Of a stretch of 56,426 nt of DNA, positions 29,363 to 37,635 are shown piece after piece (the first letter of the stretch is position 1; the number at the start of each line of letters is the position of its first letter). The DNA lies in NCBI GenBank assembly GCA_039923155.1, contig JBDTDI010000158.1, forward strand, positions 1 to 56,426. Reading direction: 5' to 3'. Below the pieces are notes generated by a model. It saw only the letters and a program-made list of their open reading frames with translations. It was not told the origin of the DNA and did not search any database. The stretch comes from Mycobacteriaceae bacterium (GTDB lineage Bacteria; Actinomycetota; Actinomycetes; Mycobacteriales; Mycobacteriaceae). The position numbers and the translations under genes are program-made.

Positions 29363-29992
29363 ATGAGAAGCGACACCAGGCTCGACGTGGCCGGCTACCT
29401 GCGCCAGGCCCGCCGGCGCACCCGGATGAGCCAGCGCGAGCTCGCAGCCGCCTGCGGCGTCAGCGCCAGCACCCTCAGCCGGGCGGAGGCCGGTCGCACC
29501 GAGCTCAGCCTCCTCCTGTTCACCCGACTGCTGCGGGCTGCAGGCCTTCGGCTGGTGGTCGTGGACGACGAGCCGCGGCGGGTACCCGCCCTCGCGGAGC
29601 CGCCGGACACCCGCGACCTCGCGGAGCGTCGCTTCTCCGCGCACCTGGACCTGATCCTCGACCCCGTGCGGGGCGAGTGGTGGGGTGACCGCTTCGGCCT
29701 GGTGCGACCGCCAGAGACCTTCCACCGCGACCCGGCCGCCCGGTACGCCCACCGACTGGTCTTCCACGAGCTGCGCGGGCTGTTGGTGCACGGGGAGCCG
29801 ACCGACTGGCGTGGACGGGTCGAGCGCGACAAGTCCCGCTTCGCCAAGGAGGACAGCCGCCGACGCGCCCGCTACAGCCCCGACGAGATCCCGGGGCGGC
29901 GCGCAGCGACCAGGCCGCGACGACGCCGGCCACGGCCCGACCCACCGGGCCTCTACGGCTACGGGCCATACCCATACCCGTTGCGCGACTAG
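29363..29992 (+). CDS. XRE-family helix-turn-helix protein with uncharacterised C-terminal region
   Basis: YLRQARRRTRMSQRELAAACGVSASTLSRAEAG. Confidence 0.82.
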   Translation: MRSDTRLDVAGYLRQARRRTRMSQRELAAACGVSASTLSRAEAGRTELSLLLFTRLLRAAGLRLVVVDDEPRRVPALAEPPDTRDLAERRFSAHLDLILDPVRGEWWGDRFGLVRPPETFHRDPAARYAHRLVFHELRGLLVHGEPTDWRGRVERDKSRFAKEDSRRRARYSPDEIPGRRAATRPRRRRPRPDPPGLYGYGPYPYPLRD

Positions 29993-30002
29993 CGTCAGCG
30001 AC

Positions 30003-30992
30003 ATGCACGCCATCGAGATCACCCAGCCCGGCGGACCCGAGGTCCTGCAGTGGACCGAGCACCCCGATCCTCGCCCCGGCCCAGGGGAGGTGGTCATCGA
30101 CGTCGCCGCCACCGCGCTGAACCGCGCCGACATCAGTCAGCGCCAGGGCAGCTACCCGCCGCCCCCCGGCGCCAGCGAGGTCCCCGGACTCGAGTGCGCC
30201 GGCACCATCCGCGAGCTCGGTGACGGAGTGCAGGGCTGGGCGGTCGGGGACGAGGTGTGTGCCCTGCTCGCCGGCGGTGGCTACGCCGAGCAGGTGGCTG
30301 TCCCCGCCACCCAGCTCCTGCCGCTGCCGGCCGGGCTCGACGTGCACGCCGCGGCCGCTCTCCCGGAGGTCGCGTGCACCGTCTGGTCCAACCTCGTGAT
30401 GGTCGCGGGGCTGCGCGCAGGTCAGCTCGTGCTGATCCACGGCGGCGGCGGGGGCATCGGGACCCACGCCATCCAGGTGGCCGTCGCGCTCGGCGCCCGG
30501 GTGGCCGTCACCGCGGGCAGCACCGCCAAGCTCGACGTCTGCCGGGCTCTCGGCGCGGAGATCGCCGTCAACTACCACGAGCAGGACTTCGTCGAGGAGG
30601 TCCGCGGAGCCAGCGACGGCCGCGGCGCCGACGTGGTGCTGGACAACATGGGCGCGAAGTACCTCGCCCGCAACCTGGACGTGCTGGCCCCCGACGGGCA
30701 CCTGGTGGTCATCGGGATGCAGGGCGGTCGCCGGGGCGAGATCGACCTCGGCGCGATGCTGGCCAAGCGGGCCTCGGTGACGGCCACCGGGCTGCGCGGG
30801 CGCCCCCTGACCGGGCCGGGCAGCAAGGCTGACGTGGTGGCCGCGGTACGGGAGCACGTCTGGCCGATGATCGTCGCCGGGCAGGTCCGACCGGTGGTGC
30901 ACGCCGAGCTGCCGGTCGCCGAAGCCGCCGCCGCGCACACCCTGCTGGACTCCGCCGACGTCGTCGGGAAGGTCGTGCTGCGGGTGCGCTGA
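30003..30992 (+). CDS. NAD(P)H-quinone oxidoreductase (PIG3/zeta-crystallin family, Rv3777-like)
   Basis: MHAIEITQPGGPEVL, NRADISQRQG, GLECAG, LIHGGGGGIG, GKVVL. Confidence 0.93.
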   Translation: MHAIEITQPGGPEVLQWTEHPDPRPGPGEVVIDVAATALNRADISQRQGSYPPPPGASEVPGLECAGTIRELGDGVQGWAVGDEVCALLAGGGYAEQVAVPATQLLPLPAGLDVHAAAALPEVACTVWSNLVMVAGLRAGQLVLIHGGGGGIGTHAIQVAVALGARVAVTAGSTAKLDVCRALGAEIAVNYHEQDFVEEVRGASDGRGADVVLDNMGAKYLARNLDVLAPDGHLVVIGMQGGRRGEIDLGAMLAKRASVTATGLRGRPLTGPGSKADVVAAVREHVWPMIVAGQVRPVVHAELPVAEAAAAHTLLDSADVVGKVVLRVR

Positions 30993-31001
30993 GACCGGCG
31001 C

Positions 31002-31196
31002 ACCTCCTGCTCCCTGATGGCCGCCGCGCGCGGGCCCGAGCGCCTCGAGACGGGCCGCCACGCCCACCCGGTGCTCGCCCCGGTCTGGTCGCCTCCGTGG
31101 AGCACCTGACCGGCCTCGACGACGCCGCCACCGGCACACGACACGACGGTGGCCGAGGTCGACCACCTCGTGCGGACGGTCGCCTCGCTCGGCTGA
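31002..31196 (+). pseudogene. Remnant of a cysteine desulfurase-like aminotransferase (Rv3778c family)
   Basis: Pieces in changing frames: ARGPERLETGRHAHPVLA / GLVASVEHLTGLDDAATGTR / TVAEVDHLVRTVASLG*. Located between the Rv3777-like gene and bpa. Confidence 0.65.
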
Positions 31197-31253
31197 GGCC
31201 TCCGCCCGGCCCCGGAGTGGGCGGTCGCAGGGCCCACGCGCGAGACTGGGACC

Positions 31254-31820
31254 GTGACGGCGGACGAGACGCAAGCCCAACCCGACCAGGTCGTGGTGCT
31301 CGGCCCTGACGGTGCTCCGATGACGGTCCGGCTCGCCGGTGGCGCGAGCCGCGGCCAGGGCCAGGAGGACGCCGACGGTCAGCACGGCGCCGCCTCGTCG
31401 ACGATCACCGACCTGGTGGAGGAGCCTGGCAAGGTCATGCGGATCGGCACGATGATCAAGCAGCTGCTGGAGGAGGTCCGGACGACACCCCTGGACGAGG
31501 CCAGCCGCACCCGGCTCAAGAACATCCACGCCAGCTCCATCCGCGAGCTCGAGCGGGGCCTGGCCCCCGAGCTGCGCGAGGAGCTGGAGCGCCTGGCCCT
31601 GCCCTTCGGCGACGACGCCATCCCGTCGGAGGCGGAGCTGCGCATCGCGCAGGCCCAGCTCGTCGGCTGGCTGGAGGGCGTGTTCCACGGGATTCAGACC
31701 ACGCTGTTCGTCCAGCAGGTGGCCGCCCGCGCCCAGCTGGACCAGGTGCGCCAAGGGGCCCTGCCGCGGGGCTCCTCACCGGCCACCCCGAACGCCCCGG
31801 GCACCGGCCAGTACCTGTGA
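31254..31820 (+). CDS. bpa: Bacterial proteasome activator Bpa/PafE
   Basis: KVMRIGTMIKQLLEEV, ELRIAQAQLVGWLEG, C-terminal GQYL. Confidence 0.96.
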   Translation: MTADETQAQPDQVVVLGPDGAPMTVRLAGGASRGQGQEDADGQHGAASSTITDLVEEPGKVMRIGTMIKQLLEEVRTTPLDEASRTRLKNIHASSIRELERGLAPELREELERLALPFGDDAIPSEAELRIAQAQLVGWLEGVFHGIQTTLFVQQVAARAQLDQVRQGALPRGSSPATPNAPGTGQYL

Positions 31821-31861
31821 CGCCCCAGGGGCCGCGCCCGCCCCTGGCATGATCGCCCCTC

Positions 31862-32731
31862 ATGCGCGGAATCATCCTGGCCGGCGGCTCGGGCACCCGG
31901 CTGCACCCGATCACCCTCGGGGTGAGCAAGCAGCTCGTCCCGGTCTACGACAAGCCGATGATCTACTACCCGCTGTCGACACTGATCCTCGCCGGCATCC
32001 GGGACGTGCTGATCATCACCACCCCACACGACGCCGAACAGTTTCGACGCCTGCTGGGTGACGGCTCGCAGTTCGGGATCGACCTGAGCTACGCGGTGCA
32101 GGCCGAGCCCAACGGCCTGGCGCAGGCGTTCGTGCTCGGCGCGCACTTCATCGGTGGTGAGGCCAGCGCGCTCGTGCTGGGCGACAACATCTTCTACGGC
32201 CCCGGCATGGGGTCCACCCTGAACCGGTTCTCCGACCTCGACGGCGGTGCGGTGTTCGCCTACCGCGTGTCCAACCCCAGCGACTACGGGGTGGTGGAGT
32301 TCGACGAGAACTTCACGGCGCTGTCCCTGGAGGAGAAGCCGGCCCGGCCGAAGTCCCGGTACGCGGTGCCGGGGCTCTACTTCTACGACAACGACGTGGT
32401 GGCCATCGCAGCCGACCTCGAGCCCTCTGCTCGCGGGGAGTACGAGATCACCGACGTCAACCGTGCCTACCTGGAGCAGGGGCGGCTGAAGGTGGAGGTG
32501 CTGCCCCGCGGCACGGCGTGGCTGGACACCGGGACCTTCGACTCCCTGCTCGACGCCTCGAACTACGTGCGGACCATCTCCGACCGACAGGGTCTGAAGG
32601 TGGGCTCCCCCGAGGAGGTGGCCTGGCGGCGCGGGTTCCTCAGCGACGACGAGCTGCGGGTCCGCGCCGAGAAGCTGGTGAAGTCCGGCTACGGCAGCTA
32701 CCTGCTGGGCCTGCTGGAGCAGGGCCGCTAG
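31862..32731 (+). CDS. rfbA: Glucose-1-phosphate thymidylyltransferase
   Basis: [51 protein letters not shown]. Confidence 0.97.
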   Translation: MRGIILAGGSGTRLHPITLGVSKQLVPVYDKPMIYYPLSTLILAGIRDVLIITTPHDAEQFRRLLGDGSQFGIDLSYAVQAEPNGLAQAFVLGAHFIGGEASALVLGDNIFYGPGMGSTLNRFSDLDGGAVFAYRVSNPSDYGVVEFDENFTALSLEEKPARPKSRYAVPGLYFYDNDVVAIAADLEPSARGEYEITDVNRAYLEQGRLKVEVLPRGTAWLDTGTFDSLLDASNYVRTISDRQGLKVGSPEEVAWRRGFLSDDELRVRAEKLVKSGYGSYLLGLLEQGR

Positions 32732-35610
32732 ACCCCGCCCGGGCCGACACGCACCGCCCCGGCCCGCCGCCGCCGGCGCGCGCGGGCCCCCTCGGCCACA
32801 CAGAGCACCCCGGCCCCGAGCAGGGCCAGCCCGGCGATCCCGCTCAGCAGCAGCCCGGCCCGCTGCCCGCGCGGGGTGTAGCGCACGGCGATGGTGTGCG
32901 CTCCGGCGGGCACGGGCACCGCGCTCAGGGCCTGGTCGGCGACCACCAGCCGCGCCGCCCGCCCGTCCACGGTCGCCGTCCAGTCGCCAGGGGCCATCCA
33001 GTCGGCCATCACCAGGTAGCCCGCCCCGGTGGCGTCCACCCGGGTGGTGAGGGTGTCGCCGGTGTCCTCGGTGACGTCCACGGTCGCGGTGGAACCGACG
33101 TCGGTGCGCGCGCCCGGCGCCCCCAGCACCACGGTGGCCGGGTCCAGCGGGATGCGAGCCACCGTCCTCACCCGCGCCGCCTCGTCGGCCACGACCAGGG
33201 TCCGCGACGCCCACCGGATGCGGGGCAGCGCGGTGGTGCGGTGGTAGATCACCACCCCCTCACCGGCGTACACGAGTCGCAGCCCGTCGGCGCGGGGCGT
33301 GATCGCGACCAGCGCGGGCACCCCGTCGCCCCCGGTCAGCGTCAGCAGCCCGCTGCCCTCCCAGTGCACCGTCACCGTCCACGGTCCGCGGGCAGCGCGC
33401 TGGCGCAGGTTATCCCCCACCAGGGCCACGTCGGTGTACCCGGCGGGCAGGCTGCGCCCGAACTGGGACCCGGTGGCGAGCACGGTGCCGTCGGCGGCGG
33501 CGACCGTGACGTCCAGGTGCGACCCGGCCGGGTCGTCGGGACTGTCGGCGGCCAGCTCCAGGCGCAGCGCCCGCAGGTCCGTGGGGTTGATGGTGGTCCG
33601 CACGGACCGGCCGGGCTCGAGGCTGAGCACACCACCAGCGATGATCCCCGTCTGCGCGGACCCGAGCGCGGCGCCACCCACGGGCGTGCCCAGCACCGGG
33701 GCACTGGCCGGCGCCACCGCCAGCGACACCGAGAGCTGGTCCAGCCCGGGCACCGCGAGCTGGGCGGCGCTGGCGCTGGGCAGCTGGGTGATGGTGGGGG
33801 TCTCGAAGTAGTCGGTGGACGCCTCCTCGGTGTTCAACCCCCGCAGCAGCGCCGCCCACTCGTCGGGGATGAACGTGTGCGAGTCCAACATCCGCACCCC
33901 GTACAGGGCCGGGACCGACGGGCGCATGGTCCCCCGCGCGGCCGTGACCCGGTCGAGGCCCTGGTGGGTGCGCAGGTAGTCCAGGCTGTCGCGCTGGGGG
34001 TAGAAGTGCGCCTGGTCGGTGGTGTTCCAGTAGAAGCCGGTGCCGAGCACCGACTGCGCGCAGACCAGCGCCACCAGCACCGGCAGCAGCACCCGTTCGG
34101 GGTGCACCCGCCGCCCCGCGGCCAGCAGCGCCCCCACCACCACCACCGCCCCCAGCGCCACCGCGGTGTCGACCACGGCGGTGCTGTACCCGGTGAAGCG
34201 GCCGAAGCGGAACCACGAGACGACACCGGCGAGCACGACGACGACCCCGAGCCCGCCCACCACGATCGTCCCGGCCCTACGACCCGGACGGTGACCGCGC
34301 AGCAGCGCGTCCGCGCCGAGACCGGCCAGCGCGCTGAGCCCCACGAACAGCACCGAGCGCAGCCGACCCACCGGGTTTCCGGAGAACACCGGCAGGTGTC
34401 CCATCCAGGTGACGAGGGGGTTCTGGAACCAGATGAGCATCACCAGCACCACCGTGGTCACCACCAGGTAGCCGAGCACCCGCCGCGGGAAGCCGGGCGG
34501 ACGCGGCAGCACCAGGGCCAGCATCACCAGCAGCACCGCGGCGGACCCGAGGTAGGAGTTGTACTCGATGGCGTTCTGCGGGGGCGCGGTGAACGGGGCC
34601 AGGTCGCTGGCCATCACCCGGGGCAGCAGCGTGGTGATCAGCGTCGACGGGGGCGAGGTGTAGGTGAACTCGTCGGCGCGGTAGTCCAGGCTCGCCGTGC
34701 CCAGGTGGGTGATGAAGGGCAGCATCTGCACCGCGCTCAGGGCGAGTCCGAGGCCCACCCCGAGCCCGGCGGCCGCCAGCCGCAGCACGGACGAGCCCCA
34801 GGGTCGGTGCAGCAGCCGCACCAGGGCGTAGGCACCGGCCGCGTACAACGACCACGCGGCCACGGCGGGGAAACCCCCGAGGAACAGGCACGCGACGACC
34901 AGCGCCACCGGCGCCACCGCACCCGCCCAGCGGGCCGCCACCGCCAGCCGCCCGTCAGCGGTCAGGCTCGGGTCCACCCGCTGCACGAGTCGTTCCACCG
35001 ACCACAGCAGCGCGGGGATGAACGCGGCCACCGAGGCCTGCGGGAAGTTGGCCCAGGAGACGAAGAAGCCGCTGGTGGCGTAGACCATCCCCGCCAGCAG
35101 CGCCGCCGGGCAGCGGGTGCCCCAGCGCCGAAGCAGCAGGATCATCCCCGCGGCGCCCACCGCGAGCTGAGCCAGCTTGACCACCGCCGGGGCGTAGTGC
35201 AGCGGCAGGAACAGGTACGGCCACACCGTGGGGGTCAGGGTCGGCATGCTGGGGGCCGAGGCCAGCGGCTGACCCGGCCCGGTCAGCTCGGTCCAACCCG
35301 GGATGTCGCCCTGGCCCAGCCGGGCGGTGATCTGCGCGTAGGAGGGGAACAGCGAGTCGGTGACGTCGCGGCTGAGCCGGTTGGTCACGTCGTAGGCGGT
35401 GCCCGGGTTCCACGGCGCCCACTGCTGCAGCAGGTCGGTGCTCGCGAAGACCGCCCTGCCGGCCAGGCTGGTGCCCAGGGTGAGGGCCACGAACACCACC
35501 CAGCCCAGAGCCACCCACGCCGTCGGCCCCCAGCGGGCGCGGACGGTCGCGAGCGGGGTCAACGGGCTCCGCACCTTTCGCTCGGCGGGGCGGGCGAGGC
35601 ACCGGGCCAC
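32728..35610 (-). CDS. YfhO-family multi-pass membrane protein (GT-C-like), copy 1
   Basis: Many hydrophobic segments, large soluble domain, YfhO-like tail ([18 protein letters not shown]...[17 protein letters not shown]). Start uncertain; TTG 35562 is an alternative. Confidence 0.8.
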   Translation of the reverse strand: MARCLARPAERKVRSPLTPLATVRARWGPTAWVALGWVVFVALTLGTSLAGRAVFASTDLLQQWAPWNPGTAYDVTNRLSRDVTDSLFPSYAQITARLGQGDIPGWTELTGPGQPLASAPSMPTLTPTVWPYLFLPLHYAPAVVKLAQLAVGAAGMILLLRRWGTRCPAALLAGMVYATSGFFVSWANFPQASVAAFIPALLWSVERLVQRVDPSLTADGRLAVAARWAGAVAPVALVVACLFLGGFPAVAAWSLYAAGAYALVRLLHRPWGSSVLRLAAAGLGVGLGLALSAVQMLPFITHLGTASLDYRADEFTYTSPPSTLITTLLPRVMASDLAPFTAPPQNAIEYNSYLGSAAVLLVMLALVLPRPPGFPRRVLGYLVVTTVVLVMLIWFQNPLVTWMGHLPVFSGNPVGRLRSVLFVGLSALAGLGADALLRGHRPGRRAGTIVVGGLGVVVVLAGVVSWFRFGRFTGYSTAVVDTAVALGAVVVVGALLAAGRRVHPERVLLPVLVALVCAQSVLGTGFYWNTTDQAHFYPQRDSLDYLRTHQGLDRVTAARGTMRPSVPALYGVRMLDSHTFIPDEWAALLRGLNTEEASTDYFETPTITQLPSASAAQLAVPGLDQLSVSLAVAPASAPVLGTPVGGAALGSAQTGIIAGGVLSLEPGRSVRTTINPTDLRALRLELAADSPDDPAGSHLDVTVAAADGTVLATGSQFGRSLPAGYTDVALVGDNLRQRAARGPWTVTVHWEGSGLLTLTGGDGVPALVAITPRADGLRLVYAGEGVVIYHRTTALPRIRWASRTLVVADEAARVRTVARIPLDPATVVLGAPGARTDVGSTATVDVTEDTGDTLTTRVDATGAGYLVMADWMAPGDWTATVDGRAARLVVADQALSAVPVPAGAHTIAVRYTPRGQRAGLLLSGIAGLALLGAGVLCVAEGARARRRRRAGAVRVGPGGV

Positions 35611-35685
35611 CGCACGCAGCCGCAGTCGCGGCCGTGGGGCGACGGTAGTCGGGCGTTGGTAGCCCCGCCGTTAGGCTCACCTGCT

Positions 35686-36459
35686 GTGCCCCCCGCCGCG
35701 CCGCCCCCGTTGTCCCCCCGCGCCCGGCTGCGCTGGGACCTCGTGCGGCGCATCGTCGCCGAGATCGCCCCTGCCTCCGTGCTCGAGATCGGCTGCGGCC
35801 AGGGCAGCATGGGCGCCCGGCTGGCGGAGATGACCCAGACCTACCGGGCCGTGGAGCCCGACGAGGCGTCGTGCGCGCTGGCGGCCGAGCGCATCGGGGC
35901 CCGGGGCGGGGAGGTCGTGCGCGGCGACCACACCGCTGTCCCCGACGCCTGGACCACCGGCGGAGGGTCGGACCTGGTGTGCGCGTTCGAGGTGCTCGAG
36001 CACATCGACGACGACGCCGCGGCCCTGGCCGACTGGGTCGGCCTCGCTCGCCCCGGCGGACACGTGCTGCTGTCGGTGCCGGCGTGGCCGGACCGCTTCG
36101 GGGCCAGCGACGAGAAGGTCGGTCACTTCCGGCGCTACACCCCCGACGGGCTCGCGCAGGTCATGGCCGACGCCGGCCTGAGCGCCCCGTTCACCCAGAT
36201 GTACGGCTGGCCGCTGGGCTACGCCCTGGAGCTGGTGAGCAACCGCCTCGACGCCCGGGCGCTGGCCGGGGGCTCGGTGCCCACCGACGTGGCCTCCCGC
36301 ACCGCGACCAGCGGCCGCAACCGCCAGACCTCCAGCCGCCTGGTCGGCACCGCGCTCGCCGTGGGCACGGCCCCCTTCGCCCTGGCCCAGCGGCTCGTGC
36401 CCCGGCGCGGGCCGGCGCTGGTCGGGCTGGGCCGCAGACCCGGACGGAACGGCCCCTAG
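35686..36459 (+). CDS. Class I SAM-dependent methyltransferase
   Basis: VLEIGCGQG, DLVCAFEVLEHI, RPGG, GHFRRY; TAGGCT 8 nt before the GTG. Confidence 0.88.
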   Translation: MPPAAPPPLSPRARLRWDLVRRIVAEIAPASVLEIGCGQGSMGARLAEMTQTYRAVEPDEASCALAAERIGARGGEVVRGDHTAVPDAWTTGGGSDLVCAFEVLEHIDDDAAALADWVGLARPGGHVLLSVPAWPDRFGASDEKVGHFRRYTPDGLAQVMADAGLSAPFTQMYGWPLGYALELVSNRLDARALAGGSVPTDVASRTATSGRNRQTSSRLVGTALAVGTAPFALAQRLVPRRGPALVGLGRRPGRNGP

Positions 36460-36504
36460 GATCGAGGGGCCCGGTCTGGCGGCGAGCAACGGAGGAGGTG
36501 GGTC

Positions 36505-37635
36505 GTGCGGGTGCTGGGCTTCGGCACCTACGACCTCGACCGTCACCCCCGTGCGGGGGTCCTGCTCGAGGGCCTGCGTGAGCACGGCGACGACGTGCGG
36601 GAGGTGACCTCGCCGCTGGGGCTGGACACCGAACGGCGGGTGCGTCTGCTGAAGCAGCCGTGGCGCCTGCCCCTGCTGGCACTGCGGATCGTGCTCGTCT
36701 GGGCTCGCATCGCGGTGCGTGGCTGGTGGGTTGCGCGCCGGTGGCACCCCGACGTGGTGCTCGTCGGCTACCTCGGACACTTCGACGTGCTGCTGGCCAG
36801 GGTGCTGTTCCCCCGCACCACGCTGGTGCTCGACCACCTGATCTTCGCCGCCGACACCGCGGTCGACCGGGGCAGCGGCCATCGGCTGCTGCTCGCGGTC
36901 CTGCGGGCGCTGGACCGCCTGGCCCTGCGGGCCGCCGACGTCGTGGTGGTGGACACCGACGAGCACGCCGCGATGGTCACCGGGAGCGCGCGGGCCGACG
37001 TCGTCGTGGTCCCGGTGGGGGCGACGCGCAGCTGGTTCGACGCGGCCCACGAGCCCCTGGTCGAGGCCCTGGGCACGCCGCTGCGGGTGGTGATGTTCGG
37101 TCTGTTCACCCCCCTGCACGGCACCACGGTCGTGGCCCGGGCGCTGCGCCTGGTGGCCGAGCGCGGCGTGGACGTGCAGGTGCTGATGGTCGGGCACGGT
37201 CAGGACCACGCGGCCGCGCTCGCCCTGGTGGGGGACAACCCGCGGGTGCGGTGGGAGTCGTGGGTACCGGCGGACGAGCTGCCGGCCGTGGTGGCCGCGC
37301 ACGACGTGTGCCTGGGGATCCTCGGTGACCGTGGCAAGGCCCTGCGCGTGGTGCCCAACAAGGTGTTCCAGGGTGCGGCCGCCGGGTGCGCCGTGCTCAC
37401 CAGCGACACCCCCGCGCAGCGACGCGCCATGGACGGGGCGGCGGTGCTGCTGCCGCCCGGTGATCCCGAGGCCCTGGCGACCGCCCTGGCTCAGCTCGCC
37501 GACGACCCGCACCGGGTGCTCGCGCTGCGGCGGGCGGCCCGCTCACGGGCGCTGGAGCGGTACACGCCGGCCACCGTGGTCGACGAGCTCCGCCGGCAGC
37601 TGCTCAGTCGTTCCGGCGTCTCCGCCGGTCGATGA
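36505..37635 (+). CDS. Glycosyltransferase family 4
   Basis: GGAGG RBS; FGLFTPLHG, HDVCLGILG, VPNKVFQGAAAG, PPGDPEALA. Confidence 0.88.
   Translation: MRVLGFGTYDLDRHPRAGVLLEGLREHGDDVREVTSPLGLDTERRVRLLKQPWRLPLLALRIVLVWARIAVRGWWVARRWHPDVVLVGYLGHFDVLLARVLFPRTTLVLDHLIFAADTAVDRGSGHRLLLAVLRALDRLALRAADVVVVDTDEHAAMVTGSARADVVVVPVGATRSWFDAAHEPLVEALGTPLRVVMFGLFTPLHGTTVVARALRLVAERGVDVQVLMVGHGQDHAAALALVGDNPRVRWESWVPADELPAVVAAHDVCLGILGDRGKALRVVPNKVFQGAAAGCAVLTSDTPAQRRAMDGAAVLLPPGDPEALATALAQLADDPHRVLALRRAARSRALERYTPATVVDELRRQLLSRSGVSAGR

Noticed and set aside
32518-35685. 5' part of the 1313-aa plus-strand ORF, and similar long shadow ORFs such as 15104-17878 and 53051-56032
   Set aside because: These are antisense or off-frame to well-supported genes, with Arg/Gly/Pro/His-rich text typical of high-GC DNA. 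Only the last 257 codons of the 1313-aa ORF encode a recognisable methyltransferase.
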